Assembly: GCA_041690295.1 (NCBI GenBank)
Contig: JAWLHR010000029.1
Location: 1-19,220 of the forward strand
Direction of reading: 5' to 3'
DNA: 19,220 nt
From: Bdellovibrionales bacterium
GTDB taxonomy: Bacteria > Bdellovibrionota > Bdellovibrionia > Bdellovibrionales > UBA1609
Shown: positions 8,180 to 18,717 of the stretch, piece by piece
Numbering within the stretch: the stretch's first letter is position 1
How the letters are laid out: each line of letters starts with the position of its first letter
The notes under the pieces: model-generated
Database searches by the model: none
Told to the model about the DNA's origin: nothing
Seen by the model: only the letters and a program-made list of their open reading frames with translations
Position numbers and translations under genes: made by a program

Positions 8180-8812
8180 ATGGTGGCATGGCTACAAGTG
8201 GCCTTGGTTGGAATGGTTTTGCTCGCCGGCTTCATGGCTAAGGCGAATGAATTACCCACGGCCCAAGAAGAATCAACTCGACTCGAGAAGCTTCGCGCGG
8301 CGACGACCGTGGGAGAAGCCGTGGACCAAATGACACCCGATGAACTGGCGACATTTTTAGGTCTTCCCACGGAAGCGGAGTTCGAGCAGTGGCTTGAGAG
8401 TCATCCGGAATTTTTGTTTCATCCTGCCGCGAACATTCTGGTGAATATTCAAGTGAGCCTTAGCAATCAAAGTATGGTCGTTTACTCACCCGATGGCGCC
8501 TGGAGCACGCCGGTCAGCAGCGGCATGCATGACCACAAGCCCGGCTCTCGCGGATATCGCACCAAGCGCGGCTGCTACACACCTTATTACATGACCAAAA
8601 TGCACTACTCGAAGCAGTATAACAATTCCCCGATGCCGCACTCCTTGTTTTATTATGGTGGCTACGCGATTCATGGCACCTATGAACAAAAGCGGCTTGG
8701 TCGGCCGGCTTCGCACGGTTGCGTCCGCCTCTCGCTCGCCGCGGCCCGCAAACTTTATAACTTAGTTTCTAAATACGGCCGCGAGAACACGCGCATTTGC
8801 GTCGATTGGTAA
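8180..8812 (+). CDS. L,D-transpeptidase family protein (YkuD domain), exported
   Basis: Signal peptide. PVSSG, SPMPHSLFY, AIHGT...LGRPASHGCVRL (catalytic His/Cys). RBS GGAGG at 8171-8175. Confidence 0.92.
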   Translation: MVAWLQVALVGMVLLAGFMAKANELPTAQEESTRLEKLRAATTVGEAVDQMTPDELATFLGLPTEAEFEQWLESHPEFLFHPAANILVNIQVSLSNQSMVVYSPDGAWSTPVSSGMHDHKPGSRGYRTKRGCYTPYYMTKMHYSKQYNNSPMPHSLFYYGGYAIHGTYEQKRLGRPASHGCVRLSLAAARKLYNLVSKYGRENTRICVDW

Positions 8813-8815
8813 GAA

Positions 8816-10384
8816 TTAGTTCCGGTCCAGTTTAAAATACTGGGCCAGTGGTGTTTCCAAAGAAACCGGTGGCATGTACTCGCGGACGAATTCGCGCTGC
8901 CACCATTGATCGGGCCAGTTCTCCCAGTCGGCGAAACGATATCGGTATAAATCCATTTTTATGAACTTTGGCGCGTCCGCGTCAAAGGGCGTTTCCGCGA
9001 AAAGCGCGGTGATGAGCGGATGGTTTTCCAGCAGGCGGACGACGAGGCGGAACAGCCATTCTTCTTGCAGTTGGGGTCGCATGGCGGAAAACCAGATCTG
9101 CCAATCCAAATGGTAATGGTAGGGCGTGATCAGGCAAGGTCGGCGCGATACATCACCGCTCGGAGCGCATTTGAATTTATATTCCACCCATTCGGTGTTG
9201 GGTCCGGGATTTTCGTCCTTCGTGCCCTTGATCACCACCTCATAGCGAATCTTTCCAATGGAGCCGAAGGCGCCATAACTGTTCACCAAATGCCATTGGC
9301 TGTAAGAGGTGTTCATGATTTGGTTCGGGCGAACCAGATTCAAAGCGGGATTTATACTAAGATAAATCATGAGCGCCGAGAAAGAAACCAAGGCCACAAA
9401 ACGAAGATCTTCAATGATCCACGACGACGCGCCCGAACTTCCAAACCGGAAGTTCGGCATTTTGATTTTTTTAAAGACCCCACCAGCACGACTTAAAAAT
9501 TCATCGTCGAAACAGGGAATGCACATGAGGATCGTCAACCAGTTGAGCCAGGCCAAATTGCCGCTGGAGATTAAAATCAATTGAAAACCGATCGTGATCA
9601 GTCCCGCGATTCTTCGCAGCCGAGCCGGTCCGAAAAGTCCAAAGGGCACGATCAGTTCCACGATGTGATTCACCAGCACCGCGGCCCGATGCAGAAATTC
9701 GGGCATGGAATGATAAAAATAACTGAGCGGATGAGGATTGGGTTGGGTTTCATAGTGGTAGATCATGCAGGTGAAATCGTGCCAGCATTCATCGCCACGG
9801 ATTTTAATCATTCCCGCGCCGAACATCAGGCGAAAGAGCATCCACCGCATGGCCCAGATCGCCACGCGGGGGACGGGCGCATCGCTGGACGCGAGTCTGG
9901 GATTCCAAAAGGGAACAAGGAAAAAGGCGAGAAAGGTAAACTCAGTGAGTTGTGTTTCCCAACCATAGGAATAAAAAAGCTGGCCTGAATTATTGAACGA
10001 GAGCTGCAAACTCCAAAGAATAAAGAGAATCGGAAAATTCGCGAACCCCGCCATTAAGACAAGTCCGCCAATCATACCAATTACGCCGAAGACCGGGATC
10101 ATCCGGTCGGGAGTCACAAAATAAAAAAGGCTCGGCAACTCCCAAAACCAGTTCTCCCCAAAGTGGTTTTTGACTTGATTGATGAATGTCCCAATGGGGA
10201 GCAACCCTTCATCGCCCCAAAGCGCCGGTCCTTGGAAATACACGATGGCGTAGGCATTGAAGTAAATGAATCCCAGACCACGGATGATCCAGAGTCTCGT
10301 CAAACGATATGCCTGGTTGCCCGATTGCGGGCCGGTCAAAAAGGCTAAAACCCGATCACGCCTTTTCCGGTAACTTGGAATCAT
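8816..10384 (-). CDS. Lipase maturation factor (LMF) family membrane protein
   Basis: FYSYGWETQLTE, RWMLFRLMFGAGMIKIRGD.CW, YHYETQPNP, SGNLAWLNWLT, NSYGAFGS, PYHYHLDWQIWF. Confidence 0.9.
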   Translation of the reverse strand: MIPSYRKRRDRVLAFLTGPQSGNQAYRLTRLWIIRGLGFIYFNAYAIVYFQGPALWGDEGLLPIGTFINQVKNHFGENWFWELPSLFYFVTPDRMIPVFGVIGMIGGLVLMAGFANFPILFILWSLQLSFNNSGQLFYSYGWETQLTEFTFLAFFLVPFWNPRLASSDAPVPRVAIWAMRWMLFRLMFGAGMIKIRGDECWHDFTCMIYHYETQPNPHPLSYFYHSMPEFLHRAAVLVNHIVELIVPFGLFGPARLRRIAGLITIGFQLILISSGNLAWLNWLTILMCIPCFDDEFLSRAGGVFKKIKMPNFRFGSSGASSWIIEDLRFVALVSFSALMIYLSINPALNLVRPNQIMNTSYSQWHLVNSYGAFGSIGKIRYEVVIKGTKDENPGPNTEWVEYKFKCAPSGDVSRRPCLITPYHYHLDWQIWFSAMRPQLQEEWLFRLVVRLLENHPLITALFAETPFDADAPKFIKMDLYRYRFADWENWPDQWWQREFVREYMPPVSLETPLAQYFKLDRN

Positions 10385-10421
10385 ATCTCAGTCATGGCAT
10401 TGTAAATGGAATGAGGTCAAC

Positions 10422-11456
10422 TTGTTGAACGAAAGCTCCGCCGTATCCGCAACCAAGAGTTATCGCTTCGAATTTCGCGGCGATGGCTTCGCTTATCTTA
10501 AAATCTGGGTGGTAAACATCATCCTTACGGCACTGACGTTGGGAGTTTACTCCGCCTGGGCAAAAGTTCGGACGCGGCGGTACTTTTATCAGAACACGCG
10601 ATTAAACGAGCGAAGCTTCGATTTTCACGCCGAACCATTCAGAATTTTGTTGGGACGGATCATTGTCATGATCGGCCTTCTCGCCCTTCTCGCGGTTCGT
10701 GAAATTCGCTTTTCGATTCTGATTCCGATCTGTCTCACGGTTTTAGCGCCGTATTTTCTCGTGCGTGGCGCGATTTTCACCATGAGCAACACTTCCTATG
10801 ACGGTATTCGGTTCGGCTTCATAAAATCCTATAGAGATGCTTACATTACATTTATAAACATGATCCTGATCACGATCGTGAGTTTCGGATTGGGGGCGAT
10901 CTTTTACGGCTTTTATTACCGGCGCTATCTCCTGGATAACTCACTTTGGGGATCCTTAAGATTTAGTCTTGAAGCGCGCAAGCGGCAGTTCCTAAAGGTT
11001 TTCATCGGACCGGCACTGATATTTTTCTTTTATCTCTGCATCAGTTACGCTGTGCTGGTTCTCGAAAATGGCGGGAACGGGGAATCGAATCATCTCTCGG
11101 TCCTTATGAATCTGGTTTCCATCGTCCTTTATGGCGCGCTCATTGTCGCCTACCGATCAGCCGCGTGGAACTTCTACGCCAAGCACTTGAAATTGGGAAA
11201 CATCCGGTTCATCGGCCGGCAAAGTTTCATTTATTCCTCTCTGCTTTATGCCACGGGGATCATCTTGACCGTAATCACCTTAGGATTGGCTTGGCCCTGG
11301 GTCAAAATCGCGTTCTGGCGTTATAAAATCAGTACGCTCGAGGTGCTCGCCTCTGAGGACGATTTCAATGCCGGGAAGACCACGAAGGCACCACAAGAAG
11401 ATAGCCTGGTCGGCGAGAGTGCGGCCAGCTTCTGGGATCTGGATATCGGCTTTTAG
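10422..11456 (+). CDS. YjgN / DUF898 family inner-membrane protein
   Basis: FEFRGDG..YLKIWVVNIILTALTLGVYSAWAKVRTRRYFYQNT and internal repeat ITLGLAWPW. TTG start preceded by GAGG. Confidence 0.88.
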   Translation: MLNESSAVSATKSYRFEFRGDGFAYLKIWVVNIILTALTLGVYSAWAKVRTRRYFYQNTRLNERSFDFHAEPFRILLGRIIVMIGLLALLAVREIRFSILIPICLTVLAPYFLVRGAIFTMSNTSYDGIRFGFIKSYRDAYITFINMILITIVSFGLGAIFYGFYYRRYLLDNSLWGSLRFSLEARKRQFLKVFIGPALIFFFYLCISYAVLVLENGGNGESNHLSVLMNLVSIVLYGALIVAYRSAAWNFYAKHLKLGNIRFIGRQSFIYSSLLYATGIILTVITLGLAWPWVKIAFWRYKISTLEVLASEDDFNAGKTTKAPQEDSLVGESAASFWDLDIGF

Positions 11457-12748
11457 TATTTCTTATTCTGCACCAGGAACTCGCTCCAACGGGAGACCTG
11501 AGCGGGAGTTAGAGCGGCATAACAGATCGTGCCGGTGGACGCGGCTTCGGTTTTGACGATCTGGGACTCACGTCCCAATTCGTAAATCTTGTGCTCTTCA
11601 CTCTTGGGGAAATAAAGCTCGACTTCCTCGTTGAGTGCTTGCGCCGCGACGGTCATCTGCTGGCGAAGCTTCTCAATGCCATCCCCTTTCAGCGCTGAAA
11701 CAATCACGCGTGGGAAGGCCTTCACTTGGAACTGCCGCTCCAAGGGCGCTTTATCGGCTTTGTTGAAAACGTAAATCACCGGTTTTTTGTCCCAGCCGAA
11801 TTCGCGAATCAGGTCTTCGACCGCGCGAATATGCTGTTCCATCTGCGGTGAAGAAATGTCGATCACATGGAGCAAAATATCCGCTTCACCGGACTCCTCG
11901 AGAGTGGCTTTAAAAGCCTCGATCAAGTGGGCTGGAAGTTTACGAATAAATCCCACGGTGTCGGTGACCAGGGCATTTCCGCATTCAGGCAAAAAGACCT
12001 TACGGGTTGTCGGATCCAGAGTCGCGAACACCTGATCGCGGGCTTCGACCGACGAGTGGGTGAGTTGGTTCAACAAGGTGGATTTACCGGAGTTGGTGTA
12101 ACCAATCAGAGCGAAAGTGGGGATTTTCAGTTTTTTGCGAAGCGCGCGGTGCTGCTGGCGGTGCTTGCGCACGCCCTCAAGCTGTTTGCGGATGGCCTTC
12201 ACGCGCTCACGAATGCGCCGGCGGTCGTTTTCCAGCGCGGTTTCACCCGGACCCCGGGTTCCGATACCGCCGCCTTGACGGGACAACGATCCCAACCACG
12301 CACCCACCATTCGCGGCAGCTGATCCAGCATCTGAGCCAATTCCACTTGCAGCTTACCTTCGTGGGTCTTCGCTCTTTGCGCGAAAATATCAACGATCAC
12401 TTGGTTGCGGTCCATGACCGTGCAGCCGAAGTCACTTTGCAAGTTACGGCCTTGAACCCCGCTCAGCGGATGATCGACGATCACCACATCAGCGGCGCTC
12501 TCTTGGACCATATCTTTGATTTCTTGAACTTTGCCAGAACCCAATAAGGTGGCGGCATTGTACTGGGCCAAGATTTGGACGACATTGCCCACGACCTCGC
12601 CACCCCAGGCTGAGACCAGGTCTTCAAGTTCCGCCAGACTTTCTTTGATTTCCGTGAAAGAATCCGTTTTTAAACCGACCCCGACAACGATGGCGCGGGG
12701 TTTTTGACGACGATTTGAAATCAGTTCCTCGACTCCTCCGCGTCTCAT
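11453..12748 (-). CDS. hflX: Ribosome-splitting GTPase HflX
   Basis: IFAQRAKTHEGKLQVELAQ, GGGIGTRGPGETALE, G1 GYTNSGKS, FATLDPT, G3 DTVGF, G4 NKAD. Confidence 0.96.
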   Translation of the reverse strand: MRRGGVEELISNRRQKPRAIVVGVGLKTDSFTEIKESLAELEDLVSAWGGEVVGNVVQILAQYNAATLLGSGKVQEIKDMVQESAADVVIVDHPLSGVQGRNLQSDFGCTVMDRNQVIVDIFAQRAKTHEGKLQVELAQMLDQLPRMVGAWLGSLSRQGGGIGTRGPGETALENDRRRIRERVKAIRKQLEGVRKHRQQHRALRKKLKIPTFALIGYTNSGKSTLLNQLTHSSVEARDQVFATLDPTTRKVFLPECGNALVTDTVGFIRKLPAHLIEAFKATLEESGEADILLHVIDISSPQMEQHIRAVEDLIREFGWDKKPVIYVFNKADKAPLERQFQVKAFPRVIVSALKGDGIEKLRQQMTVAAQALNEEVELYFPKSEEHKIYELGRESQIVKTEAASTGTICYAALTPAQVSRWSEFLVQNKKY

Positions 12749-12771
12749 TCTGAGACGCTACAGCTCCTATA

Positions 12772-15051
12772 TTAATCCTTGTAAGCCTGCGCTTCAAGGG
12801 CTGTTATGGCTATTGTATTCACTATATCGTCCACCGTACAAGTTCTTTGGAGCACATTCGCAGGTTTTCTAATTCCCATAATGAAAGGTCCCAGGACCTC
12901 GCCCCCGCCGAGCTGCTGTACGAGTTTATAGCCGATATTGCCCGCGTCCAAGGTTGGGAAAATCAGGATATTCGCACCGCCTTTAATGTCACAAAACGGG
13001 AAAATCCGATCCACGATCTCCGAGTTCACCGCGGTATCGGCCTGCATTTCACCGTCGACGATGATCTCAGGATGGCGTTCTTTCACCAGCTGGGCCGCTT
13101 CCTTCATTTTGCGGGGAGTCCCTTCACCGCCCACGAAATTGGTGTAGCTGAGCATGGCGATCCGAGGAGTGAGGTTGAAATAGCGCGCGACTTTCGAGGC
13201 ATGGACGGCGATGCTCGCCAATTGTTCCGCCGTCGGGTTGATGTTCATGGTGGTGTCGGCGAAAAGAAGCATCCGATCCTTGGCCAGGACGAAGTTTAAA
13301 CCCGAAGCCACTCCCGAGCGGCCGGCGCGGATGATCTCCAAAATGGGGCGCACACATTCCGAGTAATTCATTGTCGCGCCCGTGATCATCGCATCGGCAT
13401 CACCACGATGAACCGCCATCGCGGCAAAGTAATTGGGATCCATCATGAGGCGCTCGGCTTCGGCTCGCATGACGCCCTTTCTCTTTCGCGCATCGTAGAG
13501 TTCTTGCACGTAACTCGCATAGCGCGGATCCTTCGTCGGTTGAATGATCTGCACATTCCCCAGATTGTGTTCCAGCTCCAACTCGCGGATTTTTTCCTTC
13601 ACTTGATCTACCACGCCGATCAGAACCGGGGTGAAGGCGCCTTCGGTGATCGAGGAGTTCAGTGCCTTAAGGATCTTCGTGCTTCGTCCCTCAGGGAAGT
13701 AAATCACCGGCGGCGGCTGGGATTTGGTTTTCATATGGGTTTTAACCCGATTCCAGATGGTCCTGATAAATCCGCGCGTGCGGCTTTGGAGCATTTCCAA
13801 CGAGTGGGCGTATGCCGCCAAATCTTCAATCGGTCGTTGCGCCACCCCGCTCTCCATGGCGGCTTTGGCCACGGCGGGGGCGACTTTCAAAAGCACGCGA
13901 TTATCGAAAGGCTTGGGAATGATGTAATCGGGGCCGAAATGAAAATGTTGGTCATGATAAGCCGCCGAAACACTATCCGGCACATCTTCGCGCGCCAGTT
14001 CCGCCAGGGCATGAACCGCGGCCAGCTTCATGGCCTCGTTGATTTGCGTGGCCCGGGTGTCCAGTGCGCCACGAAAGATCGAGGGGAAACCGAGTACGTT
14101 ATTGACCTGGTTGGGGAAATCACTTCGTCCGGTGGCGATGATCACATCCGGGCGCGCCTTCTTGGCCACGTCCGGCAGGATCTCCGGATCGGGGTTGGCC
14201 ATGGCGAAGACGATGGGGTTTTTGTTCATGAGCTTTAGCATTTCAGGCGTGAGCACATTGGCCACGCTTAAGCCCACAAAGACATCCGCGCCCTTCAGGG
14301 CGTCGGTCAAAGTGCGTGCTTCCGTGTCGATGATAAATTCTTCTTTGTACTTGTTCATGCCTTTGGTGCGGCCGCGGTAAACCACGCCCTGGGAATCGCA
14401 AAGGATGATGTTTTCTTTTTTCGCGCCCAGCGCTTTAAAAATGCGCGCGCAGGAAATCGCCGCCGCCCCCGCGCCATTAAATACAATTCGCGCGTCGGAT
14501 AATTTGCGATTGGTGATCAAGCAGGCATTCAGTAAAGCCGCGCCTGAAATAATCGCCGTTCCGTGCTGGTCATCGTGAAAAACGGGAATCTTCAGTTCGG
14601 CCTTCAGGCGTTCCTCGATGATGAAGCATTCTGGTGCCGCGACGTCTTCCAGATTGATTCCGCCGAAGGTAGGTTCAAGGGCCTTCACCGCATTGACGAA
14701 CTCATCCACAGTGGGGGCGTTCAATTCAATGTCGAAAACATTAATTCCGGCGAACTGCTTAAAGAGAACGCCCTTTCCTTCCATGACCGGCTTGCCGGCG
14801 AGCGGCCCGATATTACCTAGACCTAAAACCGCGGTGCCGTTGGTCACAACGGCCACTAGATTCCCCTTGGTGGTGTAGTCATAGACTTTCGAGGGATCCT
14901 TGGCGATTTCTTTACATGGCGCCGCGACGCCGGGTGAATAGGCGAGCGCTAAGGAATGTTCGGTGCGACAATCTTTGCTTGAGCTAACTTCAACTTTTCC
15001 GGGTTTGGGTTTTGAGTGGTAGTCGAGCGCTTCTTTATCGAGGTTGGTCAT
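12772..15051 (-). CDS. maeB: NADP-dependent malic enzyme with C-terminal PTA-like domain
   Basis: [52 protein letters not shown]-like domain FPEG...DGEMQAD...GNIGYKL. RBS GGAG favours ATG 15051. Confidence 0.96.
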   Translation of the reverse strand: MTNLDKEALDYHSKPKPGKVEVSSSKDCRTEHSLALAYSPGVAAPCKEIAKDPSKVYDYTTKGNLVAVVTNGTAVLGLGNIGPLAGKPVMEGKGVLFKQFAGINVFDIELNAPTVDEFVNAVKALEPTFGGINLEDVAAPECFIIEERLKAELKIPVFHDDQHGTAIISGAALLNACLITNRKLSDARIVFNGAGAAAISCARIFKALGAKKENIILCDSQGVVYRGRTKGMNKYKEEFIIDTEARTLTDALKGADVFVGLSVANVLTPEMLKLMNKNPIVFAMANPDPEILPDVAKKARPDVIIATGRSDFPNQVNNVLGFPSIFRGALDTRATQINEAMKLAAVHALAELAREDVPDSVSAAYHDQHFHFGPDYIIPKPFDNRVLLKVAPAVAKAAMESGVAQRPIEDLAAYAHSLEMLQSRTRGFIRTIWNRVKTHMKTKSQPPPVIYFPEGRSTKILKALNSSITEGAFTPVLIGVVDQVKEKIRELELEHNLGNVQIIQPTKDPRYASYVQELYDARKRKGVMRAEAERLMMDPNYFAAMAVHRGDADAMITGATMNYSECVRPILEIIRAGRSGVASGLNFVLAKDRMLLFADTTMNINPTAEQLASIAVHASKVARYFNLTPRIAMLSYTNFVGGEGTPRKMKEAAQLVKERHPEIIVDGEMQADTAVNSEIVDRIFPFCDIKGGANILIFPTLDAGNIGYKLVQQLGGGEVLGPFIMGIRKPANVLQRTCTVDDIVNTIAITALEAQAYKD

Positions 15052-15071
15052 AAGTACTCCCGCAATTTGTG

Positions 15072-15101
15072 AGCTTAGGATTCGGAGAGTCACGATGTCA
15101 A
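15072..15101 (-). promoter_or_regulatory. Putative sigma70 promoter for maeB(-hflX)
   Basis: Minus strand TTGACA (15101-15096), 18-nt spacer, TAAGCT (15077-15072). Confidence 0.5.
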
Positions 15102-15138
15102 ATGACCCAGATGACCTAAGTAGTCAAAAAATTTGACT
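15102..15138. promoter_or_regulatory. TGAC/GTCA-rich putative operator between maeB and fadI
   Basis: ATGACC direct repeat at 15102 and 15111. Inverted repeat AGTCAAA-aaa-TTTGACT at 15122-15138. Confidence 0.4.
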
Positions 15139-15187
15139 TTTTATGGCCTTGTCCGCACTGTGAATGAACGAGGTAAAGGAGTGGGAA

Positions 15188-16537
15188 ATGAATGCTGAGC
15201 GCGACGTCGTTCTGGTGGAAGGGATTCGTACCCCGTTCGTAAAATCCGACACTAAATTCAAGGACGTGCATCCCGCGGAATTAGGCCGTGTGGTGGTGCA
15301 CGAGGTGATCGAACGCGCGAATCTGGATGTGAATGAAATTGATGAAGTGATCATAGGCAACACGGGGAATCCACCCGACGCGGTGAACATCTCCCGAGTC
15401 GTGGCCCTGCGCGCAGGTATACCCCTAAAGACGCCGGCGATGACGGTTCATCGCAATTGCGCCTCGGCCATGGAGAGCATCACCACGGGTTTTGAGCGAA
15501 TCCGCGCTGGAACCTGCGACACGGTGATCGCGGGTGGAACGGAAAGCATGTCGCAAATGCCGCTCCTTATGAGCCGGCCGTTCGTTCAAGCTTTTCAACG
15601 CTTAATGAGTGCTCGCACCACCTTCGCGCAGCTCTCGGCGCTCGGCAGCCTGTTACGCGCGGATCTTAAACAAGTCATGGAACTCGCCACCACTCCGCCA
15701 ATGGCCGCCACCGCTCACAAACCCAGGGTTTCCCTGGTGGAAGGCCTCACGGATCCGTTTGTTGGGATCAACATGGGTCAGACCGCGGAAGTGTTAGCCA
15801 AAGAGTGGGGGCTCACCCGCGAAATGCAAGATGAGTTCGCGCTCAAAAGTCATCAAAAAGCGGTGGCCGCGCAAAAATGCGGACGCATGGCCGAGGAAAT
15901 CACTCCGGTTTTCATACCGCCGCAGTTCAAAGAGTACGTGGCCGATGACGTCGGTCCGCGGGCGGAACAATCGATGGAACAGCTCGCGAAATTAAGACCC
16001 TTCTTTGACCGCAAGTATGGAACCATCACCGTGGCCAATGCGTGTCCGATCACCGATGGCGCGGCGGCCGTCTTGTTGATGAGCCGAGCCAAGGCCAATT
16101 CATTGGGACTGAAACCCATCGCTAAAATCAGATCCTACGCCTACGCCGGGCTTGAACCGGAACGCATGGGGCTTGGACCGGTTTATGCCACACCGATCGC
16201 GCTCAAGCGGGCGGGATTGACCATGAAGGACATTGAGTTGGTTGAACTCAACGAGGCCTTCGCCGCCCAGGTGCTCGCCTGCCTGCGCGCCATGGATAGT
16301 GATAAATTCGCGCAGGAAAAATTGGGACTCGATAAGAAAGTGGGAGCGATCGATCCTGAGAAGTTGAATGTCAACGGCGGCGCCATCGCGCTTGGGCACC
16401 CGGTGGGTGCGACGGGCACGCGACTGGTGGTCACTTTGATGAAAGAGATGCAGAAACGAAACGTGCAATTCGGGCTTGCGACTTTATGTATTGGAGGAGG
16501 GCAAGGTGGAGCTGTCATCATTGAAAGAGAGTCATAG
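15188..16537 (+). CDS. fadI: 3-ketoacyl-CoA thiolase (FadI-like)
   Basis: TVHRNCASA (catalytic Cys), ELNEAFAAQ, GAIALGHPVGATG, LCIGGGQG. Coupled to fadJ. RBS AAGGAG before ATG 15188. Confidence 0.88.
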   Translation: MNAERDVVLVEGIRTPFVKSDTKFKDVHPAELGRVVVHEVIERANLDVNEIDEVIIGNTGNPPDAVNISRVVALRAGIPLKTPAMTVHRNCASAMESITTGFERIRAGTCDTVIAGGTESMSQMPLLMSRPFVQAFQRLMSARTTFAQLSALGSLLRADLKQVMELATTPPMAATAHKPRVSLVEGLTDPFVGINMGQTAEVLAKEWGLTREMQDEFALKSHQKAVAAQKCGRMAEEITPVFIPPQFKEYVADDVGPRAEQSMEQLAKLRPFFDRKYGTITVANACPITDGAAAVLLMSRAKANSLGLKPIAKIRSYAYAGLEPERMGLGPVYATPIALKRAGLTMKDIELVELNEAFAAQVLACLRAMDSDKFAQEKLGLDKKVGAIDPEKLNVNGGAIALGHPVGATGTRLVVTLMKEMQKRNVQFGLATLCIGGGQGGAVIIERES

Positions 16538-16538
16538 C

Positions 16539-18683
16539 ATGGGCATGCAGGACAGTTTAAAGATCGTGCCGAAGGGTGAGGTCGCCCTTTTGGAGTGGGA
16601 CCTGTTCGGTGAAAAGGTCAATAAGCTCTCCACACCGATGATGGCGCGACTCAAAGAGGTGGTGGCCGAACTTAAGAACTCCTCGTTCAAAGCGGTGGTG
16701 TTGATTTCGCGTAAGCCCAAGATCTTTATCGCCGGTGCGGATATCGAGGAAATTAAGAAGATCAATTCGAAAGAGGAATTCAGCAACGTTTTGGCGCAAG
16801 CCCACGAGATTTTCAATGCTCTCGAAGACCTTCCTCAAGTCACGGTGGCGGCAATCAACGGCGCGTGCCTGGGCGGCGGCTGCGAACTCGTGCTTTGCTG
16901 TGATTATCGTTTGTGCTCGGATTCGCCGGATACTCGCATCGGATTGCCCGAGGTGAAACTTGGTATCATCCCGGGATTCGGCGGTTGCGTTCGACTTCCG
17001 CGAACCATCGGACTTCCGAACTCGTTGGACATCATTCTCGCGGGCAAGGCGGTTGATGGGCGAAGAGCCGAAAAAATGGGATTGGTCGATGCCTGCGTAC
17101 CGGCTTCACAGCTGGAAGAGCGGGCGATCGCTTGGGCGAAAGAGAAAATCGCAAAAGGAAAACGCCGCAGGTTTCATAAGCCCCGGGGCGCGGCCGACAA
17201 GTTCATGCATTCCATGATTGGCCGTCCGGTTGTTTTCGGTCAGGCCAAGAAAACCGTGCTCAAAGAAACCAAAGGCTTTTATCCGGCGCCTCTTCAAGCG
17301 TTGAACGTCATTCGCAAAACCTATGGAATGTCCAATCGGGACAAAGCTTTAAAGATCGAATCTGAAGGTTTTGTTGAAGTCGCGACAACGGATGTTTCAA
17401 AAAATCTGATCGGCCTCTTCTACATGATGGAAGCGGTCAAAAAACAAAGCGGAGTCGAAGGTAAGGACGTTAAACCGCTTCCGGTGAAACACATCGCGGT
17501 GCTGGGTGCGGGAACCATGGGCGGCGGAATCGCGCAGCTTGCGGCCGATAAAGGCTTCTTTGTCCGCATGAAGGACATCAACAACGAAGCCCTCGCTCTC
17601 GGCTTTCGGCATGCCAGCGAGATCTTCAACAAAGCTTTAAAACGCAAACGCATCACCAAATACGATCTTGAAAGCAAGATGTCGCGGATTTCGGGAACCT
17701 TGGATTACTCGGGATTCAAGCAAATGGACGTGGTGGTGGAAGCCATCGTCGAGGATATGGAAATCAAAAAGAAGGTGATCGCGGAAACGGCCAAACATTG
17801 TAATCCCAAGACGATCATCGCCACGAACACGTCATCGTTAAGTGTCACGCAAATGGCGGAAGCCATGCCCAATCCGGAAAACTTTCTCGGCATGCACTTT
17901 TTCAATCCGGTGGACAAAATGCCGCTGGTTGAAGTCATTCGCGGACCGAAAACCAGTGACGAGGCGACAGCCACCATTTTCGACCTCGCCAAGAAAATGG
18001 GAAAGATCCCTGTGGTGGTGAAGGATGGACCTGGATTCTTGGTGAACCGTTTATTGATGCCCTACATGATCGAAGCCATGTTCCTCTTGCAAGATGGAAT
18101 GTCGGTTGAGTCCGTCGATCGTTGGTACACGCATAAGTTTGGTATGCCCATGGGTCCGTTCCGTTTGATGGATGAAGTGGGTCTTGATGTCTGTATCAAA
18201 GTGGTGAAGATTTTCGCCAAATCCCTGGGCACGCGCATCGAAGTTCCGGGTCTTATTGAACCGATGTACAACTCCAAACGCCTTGGCAAAAAAGGCGGAC
18301 GCGGATTCTACCTTTATGATGCCAAGGGCAAGGAGCTCTCGGTGGATCAATCGGTTTATGCCGATCTGGGAATCGGTAAACCCACCGATCCATTGGATGA
18401 GAAAGAGTGTTTGGAACGGGGTGTGTTCACCATGATCAACGAAGCCGCGCTTGCTTTGATCGAAGATCGTATCGTCAACACGCCCGAAGACGTGGATTTG
18501 GCCATGATCATGGGCACGGGCTTTCCGCCATTTCGCGGAGGCTTGCTGAAATATGCTGATTCCGTCGGCACCCAGTACGTGGCGCAGGAGCTGGAAATGT
18601 ATGCGGCCAAATGCGGCCCGCGGTTGAAGCCCACGCAACCCTTGCTCAATTTGGCTAAAACCAATCGGCGCTTTTATATTTAA
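16539..18683 (+). CDS. fadJ: Fatty acid oxidation complex alpha subunit (enoyl-CoA hydratase / 3-hydroxyacyl-CoA dehydrogenase)
   Basis: FIAGADI, GGGCEL, GLPEVKLGIIPGFGG, GAGTMGGGI, TNTSSL, GMHFFNP, GFPPFRGG. ATG 1 bp after the thiolase stop. Confidence 0.9.
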   Translation: MGMQDSLKIVPKGEVALLEWDLFGEKVNKLSTPMMARLKEVVAELKNSSFKAVVLISRKPKIFIAGADIEEIKKINSKEEFSNVLAQAHEIFNALEDLPQVTVAAINGACLGGGCELVLCCDYRLCSDSPDTRIGLPEVKLGIIPGFGGCVRLPRTIGLPNSLDIILAGKAVDGRRAEKMGLVDACVPASQLEERAIAWAKEKIAKGKRRRFHKPRGAADKFMHSMIGRPVVFGQAKKTVLKETKGFYPAPLQALNVIRKTYGMSNRDKALKIESEGFVEVATTDVSKNLIGLFYMMEAVKKQSGVEGKDVKPLPVKHIAVLGAGTMGGGIAQLAADKGFFVRMKDINNEALALGFRHASEIFNKALKRKRITKYDLESKMSRISGTLDYSGFKQMDVVVEAIVEDMEIKKKVIAETAKHCNPKTIIATNTSSLSVTQMAEAMPNPENFLGMHFFNPVDKMPLVEVIRGPKTSDEATATIFDLAKKMGKIPVVVKDGPGFLVNRLLMPYMIEAMFLLQDGMSVESVDRWYTHKFGMPMGPFRLMDEVGLDVCIKVVKIFAKSLGTRIEVPGLIEPMYNSKRLGKKGGRGFYLYDAKGKELSVDQSVYADLGIGKPTDPLDEKECLERGVFTMINEAALALIEDRIVNTPEDVDLAMIMGTGFPPFRGGLLKYADSVGTQYVAQELEMYAAKCGPRLKPTQPLLNLAKTNRRFYI

Positions 18684-18717
18684 AAAAATCCGCCCCTCAT
18701 TTCTGAGGGGCGTGGAT
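18682..18717 (-). terminator. Intrinsic terminator hairpin (U-tract on the minus strand; may also act on fadJ)
   Basis: CGCCCCTCA-tttc-TGAGGGGCG 9-bp stem at 18691-18712. The A7 run at 18682-18688 gives a U-tract only on the minus strand. Confidence 0.75.

Noticed and set aside
11867..14238. Long antisense ORFs (226 aa at 11867, 276 aa at 13408; also 246 aa at 18051)
   Set aside because: They are shadow frames opposite hflX, maeB and fadJ, expected from codon bias, and contain no motifs.
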